Positions 50,836-62,334 of a stretch of DNA of 64,000 bases are shown in pieces. Numbering within the stretch: position 1 is the first letter of the stretch; every line of letters starts with the position of its first letter. Origin of the DNA: Diplonema japonicum. Its lineage: Eukaryota > Protista > Euglenozoa: Diplonemea. The notes below the pieces were generated by a model, which did no database searches, was not told the DNA's origin, and saw nothing but the letters and a program-made list of their open reading frames with translations. The position numbers were made by a program, and so were the translations under genes. Location of the stretch: positions 1-64,000 of the forward strand of contig OZ025741.1 in the NCBI GenBank assembly GCA_964019335.1, in the 5' to 3' direction.

Positions 50836-52241
50836 CTACAGATATTCAGAAAGCATCTGATATTGGGAATATTGTGGAACAAGGGGCTCAGAGACGTAGC
50901 CCATTCCTTGGTACACCTCTTTGTGGAGGCAAAGCGTCACTGTCGGCATCTAATGGTGGGGATTGTTTTAATAACCAAATAAATATTTCACACCTCCTCA
51001 GGCTGCTTGGACTTGTGAGGCGCACCTGGTACACGCCGTCGTCTGTTCGGCTTCTCGGGTCTAGGCAGGGCCACACATGGGGCACGGGGTGCCTTGCGAC
51101 CTTTACGACGTTCTTCTTTTAGTTGCATTTCAAAGGAATCCCCGCCGATTGGGAATTGGTCCGGCCATAGCCTTGCCACCTCGTTAAAGGCTTGTATGGA
51201 GATTAGCATGGGAAGGTTGTTTGGTGAGTCGGAGCTGTGTGTGAGGCAGAAACCAGAAGGAATGACCTTGGTTTGCTCACGTGTTGCGAACCCTGAGGAT
51301 CGCAAGGTTATTTCATGCCACACGGGAGAGTGCGCGTAAAAGAATGAATAGTATAACACACCACCCTCCCGGAGGGCCACTGTGATCGACAAGGGGAATT
51401 GTCGGATCCACGCCTTGGTGAACTTGCACAAGAAGACCTTGCTTACCGTCACCTGGTCATCCGCGTTTTCAACAACGCACACGGGCTGCTCGGCAGCTTC
51501 AGACATCCACGCGATGAAGCGTTTGAAGCAGCTCCAGAAGTTAGTATCCGTGGAAAAGTGTAGATTCTTCTCCAAATTGTCAACATCGTCCGAGCTGACA
51601 GCAATCCCGTTCAGCAACGTAGGCGAGAGCGACATGTGCGGAAGCTGCAAGATGTGAGAAGGAATCTGACCCCCGTCGTTGCGCTGCGGTGTCGCAGAGG
51701 ACGGTGGGTCAAACGGCATGTAAGCTTCGCTTTCCAACGCTCTCTGTGCGAGAATGCGGGACCGCTCCCCGTATGTGCATCTGTTCTTCAACTCCCACTC
51801 GTAGATAAACTCATTCCACCCGTCCATTGTCACCCAGAAAGGCCGCGCCCGTTCTGCCTCGCTTTCTATTTGTATATCACCGTTCCGACCGTAAAACGCA
51901 GCCGTTGCATCTTCCCAGAACTTATTCGTCGCTCTGAATGCTTCCGGTTCTGGCCCGTGGATGATAATATCATGCGGGAAGGTCTCCAACCACCCCCCTG
52001 CAAATCCTTGAAGCCACCGCTTACTGACCACATGGCATTCCCCCTTCCCATCTTGAACCTGCACCAATGGCATATCTTGAGCGTTCTTGTGCAGCTTCAC
52101 CTGCGACTTAAATTCCTCCCAAAACGCAGGCCCCACGTCATCCAATGTGTCACCAAGCGTGAGATGCAGGTGGTCATGGAACACCCTCTGGTCGCTCGGG
52201 TCGTGGCTCGGCTCGAACAACGGCATGTTCGGGACGTTCAT
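50836..52241 (-). CDS. Hypothetical protein, ~453 aa, 2 exons
   Basis: Long globular-looking ORF with start taken at MNVPN. Intron 50950-50993 (44 nt, GTGTGA..TTAG) adds an in-frame 37-aa last exon. No family recognised. Confidence 0.7.
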
Positions 52242-52388
52242 TGGATCTACTTTCGCCCCCTTTGGGGAACCCCCTTTTTTTTTGTTTTCCTGTTTTAGTA
52301 TGGTATGTAAGGGTAGCAGAGAAAACAGCTCAAAATAAAAGAAACAGACAGACAAAGAATAAGGGAATACTGGTCATTACATCTTTTA

Positions 52389-55296
52389 TTACAAGGCACG
52401 GAAGCGCCTCACGTGGGTACCCCGCCACCATGACTGGAGCAGAAGAGCAGCCTCCGACATGACGATTGAGCGGTAGGCGAGTTTCCTGGTTTTTTATATT
52501 TTCCCCTTTTCTCTCTTTCTTAAAAGAAAAGAAAATCAAAGTGGTACCTTTCTCCAACTGCTTGGTGCTTGGCTAAGACGGAGGTTTTAACTTTTGCGGA
52601 GACGTGGATTCGGAAGAAGTTGATGATAGTCTGTGCCATGATGTGATTCAGGAGGATTTGCTGCTCCTTGAGGTCGGTAGACCGTGCAAGGTACCTCCTC
52701 CATGCGCTTTGCAGACATGTAGCTGCGTCGATCCTCACGTCATTTCTTTGGATGTCTTGCTGCGCCTCACGGACCCTCTGGCTTTGTTTCCAAGCTGTAT
52801 GTCCTTTCCAACAGCATTGGATGGCCTGGGCTGCATTGTCTCGCTCTCGTTCCTTCATGCTCAGAAGCTGTGCCTCGTGGCTGTTTCGCTTCTTACTTTT
52901 CGCGTCCCTTAGTTTTCTCCGGGAAACAGGTATCCTGAAGGCCGCCTGGATCACTTCTGCGGCATGGTGCAGCTGTCCTTCTTGGATCTCTAATACAACC
53001 AACGTATTCTCACGGCTTCTCGTCGCATAGATCTTCTGGGCAATCCTTCTCCTGACCATGCACTGTATAACAACGGCTGCCTCGTCCTGCATTGTGTCGA
53101 AGTCTGACAGCACCCTGATGTGCTTGGCTTTGAAGCCCATCTTCCCGACGTTCGGTATGTGCACACCAATAAGGGTGCTGCGTCTTCCGACCACAACGCC
53201 GCGGAGGTCGTTGTACATCTGGTCGCCTCCTCTGAAGCCGTGTAGCACAACCGTGCTCCCTATGCCGGGCGTCTGTTTTTTGTTTTCGTTTTTTTTTATT
53301 TGCTTTTAAAACATCCTCATACCCCACACGGATCGCCGGCGGAGCTAATCGACAGCAACGTCGACATTCTCCTGAACTCCATGGCCGTCAGTGCTGCGCA
53401 CGGTTTGCTGTCCGAAGACAGGGACATAGAAGCCTGCACTTCCGGCTCTTCAGTAAATTGTACCTCAGAAGGCTCCTCCTCCACGCAAACATCGCTCTCT
53501 GCTTCCTCTACAGTTGTAACAGGGCGACTTCCAAACCTGAAGTATCGCCTTGCATTTCTTTGTATCAGCAACGTGGCGTGTCCTTTTCTCGATTTCATTT
53601 TTACAAGGCTCGCACGTCTCTGCAGCTGGTGCAATTTTCTCTTCGATAAATGCTGTCTGACAGCACACTGTAACCGTACAGCTGCCGCTTGCTGTATCTT
53701 TAATCTCCTCCGCACTTCCCATCCCCTCGCGCACCTTTGTATGGTAATACAGAACTTTGCGAGGAATGAATCGTGCCACCAAAGAGGCTCGTCTGGGTGG
53801 CGCAAGATGTACGAACGCCTCCTTGCCTGCATGGCCCTGAAGGCTGTCTGTATCCTCAGCGCTGCATAGGCGCGTCTGTCCTTGACTGTGATGTGGTACC
53901 TCTTCTGCTTTGTTCTGTCCTTTTTTATCTTCGCCACGCACACGACACCAAAGCGCCCTAAGATCTCGACGGCGGACTCAAGCCGCTGTTCCCCGTTCCT
54001 TGTACGGCCCCACCGCAGGTCTTCAAGCAGCTGCTCGTACTCTTGTTCTCGTCGTTCTTCGCTTTCAAGCAGAGCCCGCTGGTGCACGCACTTGAGCCAC
54101 TTCGTCCGCCGCACCTTGCACCTTGCAGAATGGCATCTCCACGAACACTGGATCTTTGTTGCTTTCACGTGATGCTCGTCCGTCTCGTCACGCCATGATG
54201 CTATCCATCTGCGCACCTCGTCGCTCTCTTTTCTGGTGTGTATCTGCACGGGAACATTCTCCGTTGTGAAGAGTGAGTTCCAGTTATCGACTTGCGATGA
54301 TTTCTCTTCCTGGGTGATTCTCGGAGGCGGCGCAACCTTTTTCTCAATGAGGTTCAGTTCTCTCTGCAGCTGCTCCGTCTGCTCAAGAGACGTGTGCACT
54401 TCTTTCCGCACCCACTCTTCACGCAGAGTACTCACTTCCTGCTTCCACGCCTTCTCCACTTCCTTGCGGTGCCGGAGTTGCTCCGTCAGCACCTGGACGT
54501 GATACTCCTCCTTCGCCAGCTCTGCCTGTATGCCCGCCGTGTACAGCCTCTGCGCCTCTCGTTTTGCAGCTTGTATTTCCTGCATTCGTTTGAAATGTGC
54601 TTCCTCGAGCTCACCGGGCTGCAGTGACCCCTTGAGGCTTTGCCACACGAGATCATCTTCCAAGGGGTCAAGAACGTCCTCTTCCTCTTCTGACCCACTT
54701 GACACGGAGGGCGTGAGGGGAGGGACTGGCGGAAGACAGACATCAGGAGCTTTCCACGGTGCTGGCGGCTCACCAGGAACCACCTTATGTGCATAACGTG
54801 TCTCATGCGCCCTTTTGTATGCTTCGATGTCCGATTCGGGTCGGAGCTGCTGATCGGGAGCTGTCGACACGCTTCTCTGCTCGTAGATGAACCGTTGGTT
54901 TGCATAAAATTCTGCAATGCTCTGCTTCTGCTCTTCAAGCTGCATCTTGACCATCGCTCTGGCATTCTGCGACTCGATGTTCTTGAGTCTCGATGCTCGC
55001 AATTCGTGTAAAGTGTATTCTTTTTCAATGTCCTTGCGCATGAGGTGCTTCAAGGCCTCTGCGTGTCCTACCCTCTGCGGGAGCTCTGGTGCTAGCCCAG
55101 CTTCTGCCAACTGCCCGGCCCCATTTTCTGTCTCCTCTTCGTCACTGTTCAGGTTTTTATCTAACTCGTAAGCAGGTACCCTTGGTGTCACTAGCATTCG
55201 CCTCCCGCACCCACTACCTTTGCTGACACTTGTCCTGTCCCTGCGAGGCCGGTTGGACGGGGGCTCCCCCGGAGGGGGTAGGGGTGCTGTCTGCAT
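52389..55296 (-). CDS. Multi-IQ-motif (calmodulin-binding) coiled-coil protein, ~931 aa, 3 exons
   Basis: About ten IQ-like motifs (IQCSWRC, IQTAFRA, IQCCWKG, LQSAWRR). Introns 53273-53322 (50) and 52486-52547 (62, GTACCA donor). The last exon supplies another IQ motif, LLLQSWWRG. Confidence 0.85.
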
Positions 55297-55359
55297 CTTG
55301 TGTAACCTGCAATGCCAGTACGCTGTTTAGAAAAAATGAAAGTGGGACAAAGGCACAGA
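55297..55359 (-). promoter_or_regulatory. Putative trans-splice acceptor region (pyrimidine tract + AG) in a 63-nt intergenic spacer
   Basis: Sense strand reads ..TTTGTCCCACTTTCATTTTTTCTAAACAG..TGCAG..CAAG-ATG. The spacer seems too short for an independent promoter plus terminator. Similar U-rich tracts precede ATGs at 4388, 25841 and 43009. Confidence 0.5.
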
Positions 55360-56634
55360 CTACCTGTGCATGACCTTGATGACCTCCCGTAAGTCGGCCT
55401 CTTGAATGGTGCCATCTCCGATCAGGGTAATAAGATCCTTTGCCAGCTGCACCTCACGCCCCGACAAGGTGCCGGCACTGTCTTCCTGCTGCTCATGGTA
55501 ACGATGCGTCCGAACAAGCTTGTTCGCATACCGCAGGTGCTCCTGGTACGACCACAGCTGATGGGATTCATCTCCAGGCACAGGGAAAGGGGGGCACGGA
55601 AGAGGAGGGCTTCCTTGAAGACACGCGGCAGTCAACGACAACGGGCAAGGGCTAGACGAGTCGTACAAAGCACATGCGTGTGGGTTGCTGGGGTGCTCAG
55701 CTCCATCCGGCAGCTTATGCGCCACCACGAAGATCCGCTTAGCATTGGTGCGGTGGGGCTGGTCGGTGACGAGGGTGGCCCAAAGCCCCGCATCGCGGGC
55801 TGCTTGCACCAGTTGCGTCGCTTGGGAAGCCGACGGGAAGCACTGGGCAACAAAAGACCCGCTGACGACAAGCACACGGGATAGGTCCCGCATAAAGGTA
55901 GCCATGTCGGAAGGGTGCTCCAGGAAGTGCAATGCACCGATGCTGACGACAGCGTGGGCGGAGCAGGAACGTGCAGGGATGCCTTGCTTGATGTCGCTGC
56001 GTGCTTTGTGGATGAGGTGCGGGGTGGCGGTCGTGAGCATGGACGACGCAAGGTCGAACCCCAACACAGTGTAGCCCAGGGCAAGTGCGGGGAGGGATGA
56101 GAGCCCCGTCCCGCACCCCACATCGATCAGCAATGGCAGTGCATCTGCTGCCGCTGTGCTGTTCAAGGAAGCTTTGTCGAGAAAGTTCTTGTCGAGACCT
56201 CGCTTTGAAAGAGATATGCGTTCTCGGCCCGACTTGCCATCCATGCAGCTTCCGGGGCCCACAGTCGACGCAAGGCCGACAAGCTCCAAGCATCGCCTGG
56301 AGAGCATCTCCTGCGAGCCTTTGTTCCAGTCCGTGTAGGCAACGGCCCTCCTGTCGTTGTAGTGCTCGTTGGCATCGAAGTTTTTCCTATGCTCCGCTTT
56401 CCATTCGTCCATGCGGGCGTGTAGCCCCGCCACACCATCGTACCCTACACCTTCGAGGTATGTGTCTAGGACGGTGATTCTGTCTTTTCCGAGGCCCTTG
56501 CTTTTCCCTCCTTTTCTTTTTTTAGTCTTCTCCCTCACTACGCTCAAAAGGTCGGTTTTAATGTCGTTTGGCACATCTTTGAAATTGCGCGTGGAGCCGT
56601 ACAGGTCCAACACCACGTCTGATGTCCTGACCAT
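55360..56634 (-). CDS. SAM-dependent methyltransferase, BUD23/WBSCR22-like, 424 aa
   Basis: HYNDRRAVAYT..QEMLSRRCLEL, LIDVGCGTGLS, DIKQGIP, FVAQCFP and LVTDQP..AKRIFVV follow the Bud23 motif order. Carries extra N- and C-terminal segments. Confidence 0.8.
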   Translation of the reverse strand: MVRTSDVVLDLYGSTRNFKDVPNDIKTDLLSVVREKTKKRKGGKSKGLGKDRITVLDTYLEGVGYDGVAGLHARMDEWKAEHRKNFDANEHYNDRRAVAYTDWNKGSQEMLSRRCLELVGLASTVGPGSCMDGKSGRERISLSKRGLDKNFLDKASLNSTAAADALPLLIDVGCGTGLSSLPALALGYTVLGFDLASSMLTTATPHLIHKARSDIKQGIPARSCSAHAVVSIGALHFLEHPSDMATFMRDLSRVLVVSGSFVAQCFPSASQATQLVQAARDAGLWATLVTDQPHRTNAKRIFVVAHKLPDGAEHPSNPHACALYDSSSPCPLSLTAACLQGSPPLPCPPFPVPGDESHQLWSYQEHLRYANKLVRTHRYHEQQEDSAGTLSGREVQLAKDLITLIGDGTIQEADLREVIKVMHR

Positions 56635-56915
56635 GCCTGTGTTGTGTGAGCAGAGGGAAAGAGCAATGGAAACACAAGAAAGAAAGAAAGAAATAATATT
56701 TTGTCTATAATAACCGTGGGCGGAGGATGAAAAAGTCTTTAAAAAGTCTTTAAAAAAAATCTACTGCTTCTCTTTCTCCGTTTTCTCCTTCTCTTTCTTT
56801 TCTTTTTTTGGAAGAAGAAAAGAAGGGGGGGGGGGGGGAGAATGTATTGTCTGTGCCATTGCTTTCAGAAGAATTTCTAGAAAATAAAAATAAAAAAGGG
56901 GGGAAACAAAAACTT

Positions 56916-59900
56916 CTAAACATCCATATTGGTAGTAGAAAATGTAGAGTGAGGAGCACCACCGGCTTCTCCGCCGGACCGAAGCGGCGTACTGCTATTT
57001 GGCTTCACGGGGGACTTTACTGAAGAGGCAGGATTTGTTCCCTCACTGTGGGGTGTTTTTTTTTTTTTTTTTAAATTTCCATACATATCCTGGCGGTGGC
57101 CGCCTTGCTTAGGGTATATCCTTTCATGGACCTCATTAAGCAGCTTCGTGATGTCCTTGATTTGCTTCTCGATAATCTCGATCTTGTCAGCAGAGTAGGA
57201 CACTGTCTCTGTGATGGACTCAAGCCTCGTTTCCGTAGTCCGTTCCTCCTCCGCCCAGTCCTTGAGAGCCTTGCTTTCGTGCCGTGTGTCAGGAAACAGG
57301 GATGGGCACTTCGGAAAGATCTTAGCGTATATCAAAGCACGGTTCCACTCGATAACATCTTCTACTTCTTTTCTGTTCAGTGCGGCGCTGCTCTGCACGC
57401 TTTCTATGATGCTGCTGCACCCCCCGCCGGATTCCTCGTGGTCTGACTGCCTAGCGCGGACACCCTTCCTGTGCAAGGTGTGTAGAATGTCGTTAATCTG
57501 CATATCAACGAGATCGGTCTCCCAGCTCCCTTCGGACTGCTGGTTCTTCTCACGGTATATATCGAAGATGATGGCCGTCAACACGTTGATAAGAAGCAGC
57601 GACCCGAACAGCAGCATGAACAGCAGGAGCAGCGGGCCGTAGATAGATTGGCCCCTGTGTGTTTTTTTTTTTTTAAATCTTTTTTTGCTCAAAAAAAATA
57701 TGAGGGGTTTTCTTTTTTTTTTTTTTTTTTTGGATCGGCTTTTCGATCGATCGGACGCGGTTTTTGATTCCGTAGACCCGTGTCGGAAAAATCCCAAGAA
57801 AAATCAAAACATTGAAGCATTTCATAAAAGAAAACGATGAAAACCTTTCTGAAACTTGGGCCAGCCCCAACAAACAGTCTCGACAGCTATTCCCAAAGAC
57901 AACCAATGTCCCAAAAAACCGACAGAAGGGCCCTCACCCAAGTACAGGTCGAAATCAGTCATGAAAAGCAAGGAGGGAGGCCTGGAAGAAGGCGGCAGAC
58001 GAGAGGAGAGCGCAGATCCGTAAAGAAAGAAGATCCCAGTCACCGAACCGGCAGCCGCTTTGAGCATTTCCCCAAATTTCTCAAAAAAAAAAGAAGAAGA
58101 AAAAAAAAACCCCATACTTCCTAACTCTGTCCCACTCCCAGTATTCACCGAAGATGATACGAAATAGAGAAAGGAGCTGTGTGTGTGTGCGTTTTTTTTT
58201 CTTCTTTTTTTTTTTTTCTTATTCTTCCAAACCGAAGTGAACAACGAACTGAACTCGTTGGTGGATTCACCGTACGCGAAGTACGCGGCGAAAGAGAGCG
58301 AAAAGAGAAGCAGCAACAGGATCATACCAAAGTACAGAATCCTCTTATTGAAGAGCGTCTGCACGATGGCGATACTGATGGGCCCCACGTTACGGTGTAG
58401 GCGGACAATGACAAGGATCTTCATATAAACGAACATGAGGACGATACCAAACGCAGACTGGCGAGTCGCATGGTCGGACCCTATCGCAGTGAACGGGAAG
58501 TAAAACGACGTTTCAAGGTACCCCGCAGGTGTCAGGTGCTCCTTAAAAAGAGTCTCAAGATCCAACCCCTCCTTTCTGATCAGCAACCTTAACGTGAAGA
58601 CCGCTAAAAACGCGGCGATCGTCGCAATATCCAGTAAATTGTCGCCTTTCCCAACCTTCACCAAAGCGCCGAACAGGTACGTGTGGACCTTGCGTATTGT
58701 TATGCCCTCCCAATGCCCTTTCAGTTGGTAGCGGAACTCTAGACATTTTCTTAGAAACATGAACGCAACGATGATGCCCAGGGAGATCTCGACGATCAGC
58801 TCGAAATAGTCCAATCCGTTGTTGTAGGACTTCAAGAGACGGAGGGACTTCCAGTTAGTCTGGACAAATACACCACCGAAAGGCGGTAACTCGAACACCC
58901 AGTGTCCCAACACGTAGTAGTCCGTCTGCGGGTTGTAGAAGGTCGTCGATACCATCAAAACACGCGTCCCGAGCTCCATCCATGTGTCACTTCCGTACTG
59001 TGCACCGGGGGTCCCTCGAAAGTCTGCTAGTGTTTGTTTATACGCTGTCTCGTTGCCCCAATCGAAATCCATGACGTAGCCACTCCCGGGATACTCGAAA
59101 CCTATTCTTGATATGAGGTTCCCCTCGCCTGTTTCACCTGAAGAAGACCACCGGTTGATCGCGCCAGAATTCAGCGTCAGCGGTTCTTTGTACTGGTCGT
59201 AGTCATCACGGGAGCTTTTCAACAATGTTAGGAACAACCAATCGAAGAAAATAACACCCGACCGAGGACCCGACACTGCACCCACACACGGTTGGTCCCC
59301 TGATCTTGTTTTCTGAAAGAACGACGGTCCAATGCTGCACGAATCGTTCGCGATAATAATCTGACGCAACCGAGTAGACCCTACGGGTAAGGTGCTGGTG
59401 AAGAACAACGTTTCCGGCATTTTTTCAAGCATATGGTGCATCCACAGAACCAGCTCACCTTGATTGTCAAGCTTATCAGCAGTCTTCTCGACTCCGTCTG
59501 AGTTTGTGATTGCGATGCTGTCGAAGTGGTTCTCAAGAGCGAGGCTCGAATAGTAATTGAAGTCCGACATCCATTGTGTCTCACTTGCCGCGAGGAAGGT
59601 GACCATTCCCATGAAGACCAGCCATGGGTAGAACTGCTTCTTGATACGCGACTCTGCGTACGACCTCAGCTTCGGGGGATGCCTTTCGTTGAAAAGCTGT
59701 ACTTGATGATTCGCCACTTCAATACTCCTCGCGAGTCTATTGATTTCGTCTTCATTGCTCGCAACATGGTCGGAATCCTCCGTCGTCCCTTCCAACACTG
59801 CTAGCTCCGTTCTTCTGTACACCAACGTCAGCAAGCCTAGTGTGTACACGGAGTATTCAAATTCTTCCGTTTGCCGTGTCCACGTTGTTCGGTACTCCAG

Positions 59901-62180
59901 CTGCCCGAACAGTATCTCCTCTTGGACCTTAGCACTCCATCCCCATTTGTCCTTAGCGAAATCCAGTATCGCCTCGATACACTTGTAATGGCATTGTTGC
60001 GCAGCAACGTGCAATGGCGTCGGCATCTCCGACCAGATGTTCTGACTGGGTGCCTTTAACAACTGGCTGATCTCGTGACAGACGATGTTGACCACGCTGA
60101 CCGACCCTGACATGCACGCCAAGTGCAATGGGGTGTTCCCTCTGTAAGGGGGTGTCGAGGGAGGTGGATGCTGACCTTGCTGACACTTCTGAAAAAAATC
60201 AGGATGCGACCTTGTCAGCTTGAAAACTCTGTCCACGCCCTGATAAGCGGCCCACTGCAGCAGGTGCCATTCTTCGGATTGGTCAAACGAGGTATAACCC
60301 GTCCACTTCAAGTTTAATTTGAAATTCCGCTTCACCAGCAAGTCCAACATCAGGTCCATGACGCCAGGTACATCACACGCCTTCATCAACGCGATGTAAA
60401 AGGGGTAGTCCCCGTCGCTGTTTGTCTTCAGCAACCCAAACCTGTCGTCCGCGACGTTCGCAGCAGCACGCAGTATGTAGCCGATGATGTTCTCACGGCT
60501 GGACCCGAAGTCAAGTGCTTCGTGCAGAGGCAACCCGTAGCCGCACTCCCAGAAGTCTGATACGTGCCGATCTTGCGCGTCGCAAATTTGCAGCACGATC
60601 TCTTCCAAACCGTTTCGTACGGCGAATTGTAGCGGTGCGTAGGTCTGCGTCTCGCCTGAGAACATCCGGGGGTCTTCAAATTCAAACAGCACCACGTGGC
60701 TCTGCAGGCATTGTGTATGTTTCGACAGCAGTACGATCACCCTCTTCGCCAGGTCGATCCACTGCTGGAACGATGGTGTGTCGTCATCGTGGCTCGAGTC
60801 CCCCATGCCCTTCGTGTTCCCTAGACCATGCACCTGTGCTGTTGTGGCATCTTCTTGCCGCTTCGCTGCAGCGTCTGCCTCTTGTTGTGCTGCGATGATT
60901 ACTGAAAAGAGAAACCCTATCGGTCGGTTGCAGAAGTGAACAGGCGCGATAGCCTTGGCAATGTATCTCAGTGTTTCGTGCTGGTCGATCTGGCTGGTGA
61001 CGCTCTCGTCGATGGGCACGATGCGGGCATTTGTGAGCTTCCAGAATGTGCTAGCGTTGTTCACCTGAATAGCCTGACTTTCGCTAGCAGCTTGAGTCTC
61101 GCCCACGGCGGCACACATCTCATAAAATATTTCTTCGGGCAGGTGTATAGCTCCGCTGTCGAGCGAGAGCCTCGGGAGCGTCATGGAGTCCGGGTTGAGC
61201 GTTCTGTTTTCATCAACATCGCGCACCGTGGTTTGCTGTCCGAACAGCCAGGAGCTCTTCTGTAGCGCGTTCGTGACCTCACTTCCCACCGCAGTCTTCA
61301 TTCTGTTCACTAGCTCGTTCTTTGTCACGTCGTCGAGACCCCCCGCCCCACCCCGCTTGGGACTGCCAGGCATGTCATCACTATCGGTTTCATCTTCCGA
61401 ATCAGGGCGTTCCCCATTTATAAGTATGTCCACCTGTGCTAAGCCAAATGTCTGAGCATCTGAGTCTTTGATAGGTACAGCAGGCGGCATGGGGGGGCGC
61501 TGAAGGGCTTCCCGAAGCAGGTCTTCGGTGTTCGTTTGTGTGGCTTCTGTCTGCGCAACTTGAAACTTCAGCTGTCTGATCTGATCCTTGTAGAAGGCGA
61601 GACTGTCCCCGATACCCTGTAAGGACGCTTGGTGGAGCGCGTTTGACGTAGGTGATTGAGGTGCTTGAGACTCGAGTGCTGTTTGCTGCTCGCGGAGGGC
61701 CTCAGCTTCGGACTTGGCGTGGGCGAGCTGGTGCCGCATGGCCTCCAGCTGGTTCTGTTGCTTTTCGACTATGCAGGCAACGCATTCCTCGCCGTTGTTG
61801 TGGGTGTGTTCTAGTTTCCCGTCTTGAGTAATGCCTGGTTTGGATCCCCTGGGTGTGGTGGCAGGCTTAGGTGGCGAACGCTGCGGCTTGTGGTAGTGCC
61901 GTGTCCTGTTACTGACGGTCTGCCTCTTGGGAGGTGGCGGGATCCCTGACATCTCAACATCCCCAAATGCAGCACTGTACGAGTCGGTTGTCCGTTTCGA
62001 CGGCTGCGGCGGCGGCGGAGCTAAGATCCCGCTCAGCGAGCCATGCCGTGAAACCGCGTCAGGCTCGCTATCATTGATCGGCCTCAATCCTGGTGGGCGG
62101 TGTTTCTCACTGTGGCTCGACACTCCACTTTGTCTCCTCGGAGGGGCAGGCGGCAGTGTGAACCAGTCCTCATCTTCCAT
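56916..62180 (-). CDS. Ankyrin-repeat polycystin-2 (TRPP)-like cation channel, ~1550-1570 aa
   Basis: ANK repeats (GNTPLHLAC, PTPLHVAA). TOP-domain motifs (GSTRLRQ, YPGSGYV, WMELGTR, FELPPFGG). Six TM segments. Splicing 58177-58232 (56), 57655-58117 (463) and 57046-57084 (39) rebuilds the pore FSSLFTS|LLSLFRIIFGE and S6. Candidate 48-nt intron at 59215-59262. Confidence 0.88.
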
Positions 62181-62334
62181 CCCCTTCGCCCTCCCCCCTC
62201 TGAGAAAAAAAAAAGAATTAGCAAAAACCGTAAAGAAAAAAATACTATGATAGGGAAATAGTGTTAGGCAAAAAACTACTCGCCGACCAGGGGGAGGGGG
62301 AAGGGGAGAAAAGCAGCAAATCAACAACACAACT

